A stretch of DNA of 64,000 bases from the human T2T-CHM13v2.0 reference genome, Homo sapiens: assembly GCF_009914755.1 (NCBI RefSeq), contig NC_060928.1; one strand, given 5' to 3'. Under the pieces are notes generated by a model. That model worked only from the letters and a program-made list of their open reading frames with translations. It was not told the origin of the DNA and did not search any database. A program made the position numbers and the translations under genes. The stretch's first letter is position 1, and each line of letters opens with the position of its first letter. Positions 54,302 through 64,000 of this stretch are shown piece after piece.

Positions 54302-55423
54302 TTTATCAGGCTACACCAGAAAAAGAGTTTTCTGAATTTAAAATTCTATTCAGAAACCTGAAAGACTTAAGTGATCATGACATTTTATCTTCTGTTAATT
54401 GACTTTTCATCTTTCTAGCAATCTGTAGTACTTGGAGATGGCTTCGAACCTAAGTCTTTCTTGACAGGGAAGGAAAGAATAAGGTTTTTATGAAGAGACT
54501 ATTAGAATTTATTAGTGTGTTCAATTATTTAACAGGACATTTAACTTGTAGTATCACAGCACAATTTGCACAAATCTCATATAAGGTTAGCTCATTTATC
54601 TCCATAGTCAATCCATTAACTTGATGTTAATGTAACATTACATTTAACTTGAGCTACTCTCTGTTTCTCTTTTCTCTAAAATGCCAACTTCTGTCCTTGT
54701 TTACCTACTAGTATGTGAACTCTGCTTAGGTGATCAGAAAACTACACAGAGATAATGGTGTTTCCAAAGCTGGTCCCTGTTGTTTACTTTTGTCATAATG
54801 TTCTGCATTTTACACCAGTCAGAAAAAGTGAGTGAATCAGAACTGACTTCTCCATTAAAATTAGTTTTCAGGAACGTATTATACAATGAGATTTAACTTC
54901 CACAGTTCTCGTACTCTTAACCCTTTTAGGCTCTGTATGCAACTAACTAGATATTGACCAACGGTAACCCTTTGTTTTATAAAATCTAGATATTGCAGGT
55001 ATTAAAAGTATTATGCTGATGTTTTGATCTTGTGATGTCAAATGTGCAGTGTTTTTACAGATTATTATGAAAGGAGTCACAGGAGCCATATTCACCCTTG
55101 TTTAGAAGTGCCTTCTCTTCACCTACAGAGCTAGCTATTCAATTGCATTTATGCAGATTTCCATTCTTTTCCACTTCTGTAGCATGGCTTGGAACTAATT
55201 TCAGTACAAAGGTAACCTATGTAAAGGCATAGCATATATTTGATCTAGAAAAGCCAGTAAGTTTTAGAAAATAGAGTGCAGGTGGGATGTAGTCTTTAGA
55301 TGTTATTACTGCCTATAACTTCTTCAGTGGCCTTGGGAAAAATTACCTAACTCCTGGTATGTAAATCCACGGATACACTTAAAGTAATTGACTAATGACA
55401 AAAAAAAATGATTTTTCTGACTA

Positions 55424-56020
55424 TACATCAGTGCTCATAGCAGCATTATTCAACAGCCAAAAGGTGGAAACAACCCAAGTATCTATTGACAGATAAGTGG
55501 ATACACAATAAGGGTGTTTGTGTGTGTACAATGACATATTATTCATCCATAAGAAGGAATGAAGTTCTTATATATGCAACAGCATGGATGAACCTTGAAA
55601 ACATAATGCTAAGAAAAATAAACCAGATACAAAAGGATAAGTAATGTATAATTCCAATTATATTATATATTTGGATTAAGCAAATTCATTGAGACAGGAA
55701 GTAGATTTGAGGTTACCAGAGGCTGAAGAGATGGGGAATGGGGAATTAATGCTTAATAGGTACAAAGATTTTGTTTGGGATGGTTAAAAACTTTTGGAAA
55801 TAGATAATAGTGATAGTTGTATAACATTGTGGATGTAAATAATGTCACTGAATTTTATTCTTTAAAATGCCTCAAATGTCAAATTTAAAGTTACACATAT
55901 TTAACCACAATTTTTAAAAAAGTAATATAATATACCAAAAAACATTGAATTGTATACTTTAAATGGGTGAGTTGCATGGTATGTGAATTATATTTTATAA
56001 AAGCTGTCAAAAACAAACCA
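55424..56020 (+). mobile_element. L1MB-type 3' end
   Basis: catagcagcattatt...ccaaaaggtggaaacaacccaag...catggatgaaccttgaaaacataatgctaag...ggttaccagaggctg...cattgaattgtatactttaaatggg. Confidence 0.88.
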
Positions 56021-56271
56021 AAACAATGGATTTTTCTTAGGTTCAGTTGGACATCAATAGTTGTGAAAGGCTCTTCATGGAGAGGTTGATGTGATATCCA
56101 AGTGATTGCTGACACTATCGTAGTCCTAGGATTACTTTGGTTTGCTTCTGACTGACTCTTTTCCTGCTGGGCATGATTTATATTCTTATGGTATTTTCAT
56201 TTCTACCCTATAGTTGGGTCCATCTGAGAAGACAGACATGACCTAAGGGCCTAAGACCAACTACATTGCTC

Positions 56272-56527
56272 AGCTTTTGGTACTATCAGTGTTAAAAGCT
56301 AAATATTCCTTAGCTTTTGGTACTATCCGTGTTATACTTTATAACAGGAATTGACTTGATATTAAAATGGACTTGGTACTATCAGTGTTAAAAGCTATAT
56401 ATTCCTAAGCTTTTGGTACTATCAGTGTTATAAAGTATAACATGATGAACTGTAGCTGAAATGTATTTATAGAATAATAAATTATCCACATAGTACCAAA
56501 AGCTTAGGAATTGACTGGGTATTAAAA
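56272..56527. repeat. Complex local direct/inverted repeat mosaic
   Basis: Four direct copies of TTGGTACTATC(A/C)GTGTTA, one inverted partial copy, and a 47-bp copy of 57739-57785. Confidence 0.92.
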
Positions 56528-58844
56528 CCTAATTTCTCTGTGGATGTGACTGCACTCACCTAAAGATAGCAATGCTCAAATTTGCCTGCCTTTCCCTTTA
56601 GCTACTCAAACGTCACTTCAGATCACAGACAGGGCTGACCACCGTCACTGAGCCTTGACAGCATTCATTATTAGATTGTTTTCAAGCCTTTCCATTTCCC
56701 CCTTAACTGAAATGTTCCTGGATACCTTAGAATCTCATAGCTTCAGCTATTTTCTTTTCACTAAACAAAGAAAAATTCCAGATCTATTAAATCTAATTTC
56801 ATATTTTATAAGTTTAGACTCAAATTTGATTCTATATTCCAAATTATTCAGTAATCCATTGTTGTTTCTAAGTAAATCATATCCTCTGACATTCCCTTTT
56901 GTTATACTACTTCTATACCATGTAACTACAATAACACTCTCTTGGTGTTCATTGCATTGTGCAATTTTTAGTGTATTTATCAGTCTCCCCTAATAAGCTA
57001 TGAACTTCAAAGTGGCAGAGACCATGTGCCATTTACCTTCTCACTTCGACCAGAGTGCCTGTTCTATCATAGATGTACAAAAAAAGCTTGCTAATTGAAT
57101 CAGTGAATCAAAAAAATACATCAATGTATGAATGGCATAGAAAGAAACCAGTAAATAAATAAATTATTTACTGATTATAACAGGGTACTTTAGTAAAAAA
57201 AAAAAAATGTACAGTTTGTGACTAGTAAGATATTCAGTGGGTCAGTCTGCCTGTGTAGAGATGGGTATATATGTTTTCCCTATACCCTTTGTAGCTTCTG
57301 TTGTGCCCCTTCCCTCCTGGTTGTGTAATCACTCTCCAAAAGTTTTAGCCTTATTAAAGATGAGATAGGCATTGTATTTCAAAATAAGCATAATTTCCTG
57401 CCGTCAGGATGACAGAAATATATTGAAGGCCTGGTTCACTGCTTATTCCAGTTCCAAAGTGCTCTCTGTTTTCCTTACCCACTTGAACCATGACTCAAAT
57501 GATGTGTCATTAAGAAACCATCAGGAAGAGAGGAATGCAGAGCTTATAAAAGAATACCTATTAATGGTAGGACACAGCAACTCTTTTCTGAGAAATAATA
57601 TATATTAAACATTATGTGCTCCAGGTTTTTGACCCACTCAATTCCAATAGAAAATATGTATAAGTTTTTTAATCTTATAGCTTATACACTCACTAATGCC
57701 AAGAGCTGAAATGCACACAGAGACTGCAAAGCATATGAATGAACTGTAGCTGAAATGTATTTATAGAATGATAAATTATCCACATTAAATTTAGGCAGCG
57801 GAAGGGAAGTCTCTCAGGGATCTACAGATTTTCAATTTCATATAAGCATTTGTGTTTGATTCTGAAGTCTGGCTGTTCCATTTAAGGTAACTATTTTTAC
57901 ATCGTGGCATTTCCCCTGCATTATTTTTGTTCTAAAATCTTGAATAGGGATACTAAGCACTATTAGAGACTATTAATTTTAACAATTTCTGAATAAATAA
58001 AATATAATACTTGGAATATTGATATCTTCATATAATAATTGTGTAGATTTAACTTTAGATGGCTGTATAGTATTCATTCATTCAATCAAAATGCCTTTAT
58101 TAAATATTTGTGGAGACTTTCCTATGAACCAGACACTGTGTCAGTTCTTAAAGACATAGAGAAAATGAACATAGTTTTGTCCTAAGAGAACTCTGGTGGG
58201 AGACAGACAAGTAAATATATTTGATTAGCAAAGAGACAGCCACGGGGGCTATAGTAACTCTTAGGGATATACCTAACTCAGCCTGTAGATCATAGATGAC
58301 TTCTGGGAGGAGGTGACAAGTAGAAATTAGTAACAGAGAAGAAAACAAAGACATTCTGAGAAAAGCCCAGAGACATGCAGCAAAGAGCTAAGAGTTCTAT
58401 TCCCTAGAGGCAGAGTGCTTAGCTTCTTTGACACATAAGAGGCCCTTATCTTTAAAGCATTGATTAACCAGCTGACATGTCTGTGCTTGGGCACTACTTC
58501 TTTCCCACGTTACCAGAACCCACTTGCCTTTTTATATTTTTTGTGAGATTCTTAATCATAATCGGTTTTGGTGACATGAACCTGAGCCTAATATGAGTTT
58601 ATGACATCCTTATCTACTCACTGTAGCTTAGCTGTTCATTCCAGGAGGGTCTCCTAGTGAGTGGAGCCCAATAGTTTGAAGCAAGAAAAACATTTTCAAC
58701 TAAGAGATCTTTACAACTTAAGAAAAGTGTGCTTACTCCAATAATTCATTTGCTTTGTATTAGGTATTATTAGGTATCTTGTGTATTAGGTATTATTAGT
58801 TATAATACTCACTTTAAAAATGATCAAACAGAAACTCATAGATG

Positions 58845-59780
58845 TTTCTGTCAGGAGACAGATGACATACTCAAACTAGGTAATTGAGGACAGTTTAATA
58901 TAACAACTACTTATACAGTGTGGACAAGGTTTAGAATGACTGAAAGGGGATGGTGTGCTACCTTGAGCAGAGAACCGTTACCGCTCTAGGCTTGTATATT
59001 AGTGTCCTATTGCCTCTGTAACAAATTACCCCAAACTTTGTGGCTTAAATAACACACATTTCTCATCAAACAGCTCTGGAAGTCAGAAGTCTGAAACCAG
59101 TTTCACTGTGCTAAAGTCAAGGTATCCACAGGATGGAGTTCCTTCTGGAAGCTCTAGTGGGAGAAGCTGTGCCCTTTCTTTTTCTGGCTTCCGGAGGCTG
59201 TCCTCATTCCTCACTTCATGTCTTCACATCATATCACTTTTTCTCACCTGATTCCAGTCTGTTTTTGACTGTCTTTTCTCCCTCTTAGAAAGACTCTTGT
59301 GATTATATTTAGCACCCAGGCAAATAATCCAGGATAATCTCATCCCAACATCTTTAACTTAAACGCATCTACAAAGTTCCTTTTTTCATATAAGGTAACA
59401 TTCACAGGTTCTGAGGATTAGGACAAGGATATCTTTAGGGACTACTATTCAGCCTACCACAGCCTGAGTGGCAAAGGGAATGGAACAGTTATCAGAACCC
59501 GAAAAGAGCTGTATAGAAAAGGTACCTGGCGTGAAATGTGGACTTTTAATATAAAGCAACACAGCCAGCTACGCAGATCCTCCAAGGAGAGATCTGGAAA
59601 AATAAGTACTCTGTCCTCATGCTCTTCCACCTCTGATCTCCTGCCTGGGTCTCCCATTGGCCAAACCCAACCAGTAGCCACAGCGGGAGGCCACTAACAA
59701 CATCCATGCACTTCAGTCTTCCAGGTGCCGAGCAAGGGAGGAGAATGGTAAGAGACAGTCTGTGAGGCACAGAAGACAGC
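58845..59780. mobile_element. Old ERVL-type LTR remnant interrupted by an MLT1 LTR (family uncertain)
   Basis: caggagacagatgacatactcaaactaggtaattgagg...tttaat continues after the insert as gcctgagtggcaaaggga...ctctgatctcctgcc...cccattggccaaacccaacc. Confidence 0.5.
58995..59461 (-). mobile_element. Solo MaLR LTR (MLT1C/D-like)
   Basis: tattagtgtcctattgcctctgtaacaaattacc...ctggaagtcagaagtctgaa...tattcagcctaccaca; TSD GCTTG/GCCTG. Confidence 0.87.
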
Positions 59781-59789
59781 CAGCCCCAG

Positions 59790-60139
<350 letters not shown>

Positions 60140-60339
60140 TTATTCCTATAAAAAATAAATTCTTTAAAATCTAAGAATAAGGAAGTATAAAAATATAACT
60201 GAAAGTCTATCCCCAATCCTGTCCCCAATATCCCCCAACAATCCCTCCCTAGTCTGAACCTGCAGTGGCAAAAGACTTAAGTGTAAGCATAGGTGGAAGT
60301 AGCAGAGGTCAAGGATAAAACAAAACAAAACAAAACCTG

Positions 60340-60715
60340 ATGACATGGATAAACTCTGCTTCAGCCATTTTGCTAATGCACGACATACATGGATGCCATT
60401 CCTTCTGCCTGGAATTGTTTTCTCTTCATTATTTGCTGCTTTCACTCACCTTACAGGTCTTATCTCAAATATTACTTCTGGAATATATCACTTCCCAATA
60501 TAAATTAGAAACCCACCCCCATGGTCCTTATACTCTTTCTTCAAATCTTACATTTTCCTGCACAGCCTCTCCATAATCAGTAAAGATAATTTTGTATGCT
60601 TAATTGATTGTTTATATGCTTATCTCCTCATTGGTTTATTTAGCTCTAGGAAGCCAGACAAGCTGCTATTGCTCCAGCCCAGTGGACAGTAGTTGACACA
60701 AAGCATGAGTTAAAT
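60340..60715 (+). mobile_element. L2 LINE 3' region
   Basis: ccattccttctgcctggaattg...caggtcttatctcaaatattac...ccagcccagtggacagtagttgacaca. Confidence 0.6.
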
Positions 60716-60816
60716 GCTTTATGTGTCTGTGTACTGTAACTTTTCTGACAAATTTCAAATCCACAGAAAAAGTTCAAAGTTCAGTGTGAGAAAATTAATT
60801 AATATTTTCACATTCG

Positions 60817-60864
60817 CTCTCTCTCTCTCTCACTCTCTCTCTCTCTCACTCTCTCTCTCTCTCT
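60817..60864. repeat. (CT)n microsatellite with CA interruptions
   Basis: Read directly from the sequence. Confidence 0.9.
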
Positions 60865-62209
60865 GTATGCCTCTCACACTCTCGCTTTCTCTTCATCTCC
60901 CCCTCCTCGTTTCCCTCTCATTTTTTTCTCCCTCTCAATTTATGTTCTCAACTTTTAATTTGTAATTCTAACTGTGTTTTGATGCCTGGAAATCTTTAGT
61001 AGTATTTAACTCCAGCTGGGGGGTTTTCTTTCTTTTTTCTTTTGCTTCATGGTAGGTTTTGGAGGAGAACATTTATCAGCTGACATCCTGATTCTCATTT
61101 CTGTTTTCTTATATTAGCTTTGATTGCCATCTTCTGTTCATTGTAAAATGTCTTCTGTTTTGGGGGGCCAGTAATAACAGATGTATGTAGTGATTTGTGT
61201 GGTTTAACAAAATTTCTTTTCTGAAACAGTTTTTTTTTTTTCTGTTCAGGAAGTACAGCTCCTAAAATCAATAGTTCTATATTATGCGCTTTAGGGTAGA
61301 TGTTGGCATATCTTATTATTTTGTGATTCTTTTCATTAAGTAAGACTCTTAATTTTCTCTGCTTTTTTCCTTCTCTCTGTTCATCCCCGCACCCCAAACA
61401 GCATAAATTACTCCTGGTGGATGATGTCACATTCTATAATCTCTTTCACTTTAAATGGATGAAACGCTAGTGTGCCTGTTACTGACAGATGAGAGTAGAA
61501 TGCATTAGTCATAAAGAATAATAGATGGTTGTTCTCCATCTGTGGGAATAGTGTCTTAACAGGACTCCAGCCTCTGGTCCTGTGAACTTTCAATGTCTTT
61601 TCAAAGCTCTGATTCATCAGGTCTTGGGCCAGTCCTCAATGTTTACCACGGGTGGTGGGACTCCCTTTGTTTACAGTGAACATGATTTGTGCTCAATCAT
61701 TCCTCAGCCCTCTGAACCCTCTTCTCATTTCCTTGCAGTCTCTACCTCTCAGCTCCAGAGTGGGCTTTGTAGCTGGATCTGCTGGTTTGGAAATATTTCC
61801 CTACTTACATGCAAATTACAGTTGTGGTGTTCTCTGTATCCTAGTCATGATATAGGCATGGGTATTGAGTGGTCTTCTCCACTCTCCTTGTGACTTTGTA
61901 GGGCTTATGAGAGAATGTGTGGAGAAACTCAGATTTAGAAAAATACCCTATGGGAAATGTGAACTTCAATTGTATTTTCAACAAATAAATACCAATAATT
62001 TCTCATATGCAAAATATGGTTATAAAAGTGTTCAAGTATATTATATTAAATAAACTCATCTTTTTATTATCAATCGAAAAATGCTTCTCCCCAAATTGAT
62101 ATCAACTTCAAGTTCAGCCACATCAACCATAGTATCCTCCCATCTCCCACTTTTGTTTCTAAAGCCATAAGCCAACAGAATTTCTCCATGAGAGTACAAG
62201 GCTAACGAA

Positions 62210-62640
62210 TGTTGTGGCAGATATTGGTAGAAATCTCCAAATATCTGTCTTCATTTCTTCTTCTTCAGGAATAGAATCCAAAGTTCTAGCTAGGTATATG
62301 ACAGCCCTAAGTAAAGACCATATTTCTCAGCTTCCCTTAGAGTAAAGTGCTTTTGGTCCCTGATGGTTCAACTTATATTTTTCAATTTTATAATAGGTTT
62401 GTTGGGAAGTAACCCCACCTTCAGTCCAGTAGTGTCGGTATGGCCATGGGATATGTACTGCTCAATGGTATTTAACCAAAAGTGTCATGGTGGGACTTGT
62501 ATAAGGATCCCTAAAAGGAAGGGGGACACTGTTATTGACTCTTCTTCATGGCTGCTGGATGGGACACCCACAATAATGGGTGCTATTTATTACAAAATAA
62601 AAATAGTCCAGTCTCTGATGAAGGTGAAGTGCATGTTTTA
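62210..62640. mobile_element. Old MaLR LTR remnant (MLT1H-J-like), approximate
   Basis: tgtggcagatattgg...aaagaccatatttctcagcttccct resembles late MLT1 LTRs. Confidence 0.45.
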
Positions 62641-64000
62641 TAAGCTTGAGTCCTAGATGTTTTATGGTTTATATTGCTATTGAAAATGAAGTCTTCTTCT
62701 TCCCTCTACTATATTACAATGAGTTGTATTCAGTATTGCTGTTGCTTTGTATAAGTTGATTCTGTATCCAGCAACCTTATAAAACAGTAATTCTCAAAGT
62801 TTATATGTAGATAATTCAATTCTGTGTTTAAAGCGTTCAGGAAACATAACTAAGTTATGTTATTTACTGAGCAACAACCAGACCAAAAGACTATGCTAGG
62901 TAGAGAAGGGGGAAAAATCAAAAGATGGATAAATAAATAAGGTATACCCTCAGTCAGTAAAAAAAAATTAATGTACTTCAATGTACTATAAGATATTGAG
63001 TTTCTCTGTTTTTTATGAATGAGGATAAGAATAAGAAGGATCAATCATATTTTAGAATAATTGTTAAATTTTATTTTTATTCCCCAGGGCTTTTAATAAA
63101 CTGACAAACTTAATTGTTGGAATTCATTTAGGTCAATGTAGTAACTTATTTACAAGAAATAAACCCATTTTAGAAAATTTATTCACAATGTATAGATGCT
63201 CAAACACCCTAGAATGGTCTTGGAATAGGAATGAATACTGCCTCTTTAGAAGCCAGCTCAGTCAAATTCTTCATTCATATTGGATGACACAGCTCCTCTG
63301 AAATTATTCACACAGGAGCTTCAAAATAGCATAAATTATTTTAAGTGGATGATATCACATTTTATGTTACCTTTTACCTTAAATGAATGGCTAGTGGGCC
63401 TGTTAGTGACAGATGGGATTGGAATACATTAATTACAAAGAATAATAGGATCTCCAAGTTTAAAAATGAGTAATAAATAGGAAAAACAGATTATAAATAG
63501 ATATTAAGTTTTAAGAAGAGAACTTACAACGTGTCAGATTTCATGAGAAACTTTAGCAGTTCAGAGCTAGCCTTTTTAGAGTAAGTGATTCATTTTCCCC
63601 TTCAGTGCATTCAGTTTATTATATCAAAATACTGATAATACTGTATATTTTTTCTATATTTGATAGATGTTGTAGAGAAGAGGGAGGGTATCCTTTACCC
63701 TGTGTCTGAGACCAATTATAAAGTGACATACAGTTTTCTACCCCATTAGGAAAATAGTCATGGTGATTGTAGAAAACATGTGATGAGAAAATAGTTATCA
63801 CTGATATTAAGCAGTTGTCTCAGAATTAACCTTAGCGATATTTCTGAGCTGCAAGGGAACCACTTTGAACCCCATTTAGCATCAGGGCTCTTTGTAATGT
63901 GATATCATCTGTTGTTATTTTAATTCATATAAATATTTCTTATAATAAAAACTATGGTTCAGATTAGTATATAGGTCAAGAGTCAAAAATCACCCAGAGA

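Noticed and set aside
56272-56440. Repeat-spacer appearance reminiscent of a CRISPR array
   Set aside because: Primate intron, spacers 1 and 3 are near-identical, spacing is irregular, and there are no cas genes; better explained as local duplication.

Overview
AT-rich, CpG-depleted primate (very probably human) genomic DNA lying inside the GABA-A receptor beta-1 subunit gene (GABRB1), which is transcribed on the + strand. The only protein-coding sequence I can support is one 221-bp internal exon (8652-8872, [12 protein letters not shown]...GTVLYGLR, matching GABRB1 exon 4) with canonical AG/GT splice sites. The rest is intron filled with Alu, L1, L2, L3/CR1, MIR, MaLR LTRs (THE1/MST/MLT1), Tigger/MER DNA-transposon relics and microsatellites. 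The other ORFs in the track are chance or repeat-derived. I see no new gene system. The most interesting signals are structural: (1) a mosaic at 56272-56527 of direct, inverted and distally templated copies that looks like a serial template-switching scar; (2) a spacer-less 124-bp quasi-palindrome at 36871-36994; (3) two L1 insertions with twin-priming geometry (26362-26952 and 3301-3742); (4) a 28-bp tandem duplication that doubles an AP-1 motif; (5) a short interstitial telomeric repeat; (6) inverted Alus around the exon. Repeat subfamilies were called by eye from remembered consensus sequences, and the boundaries of old repeats are approximate.
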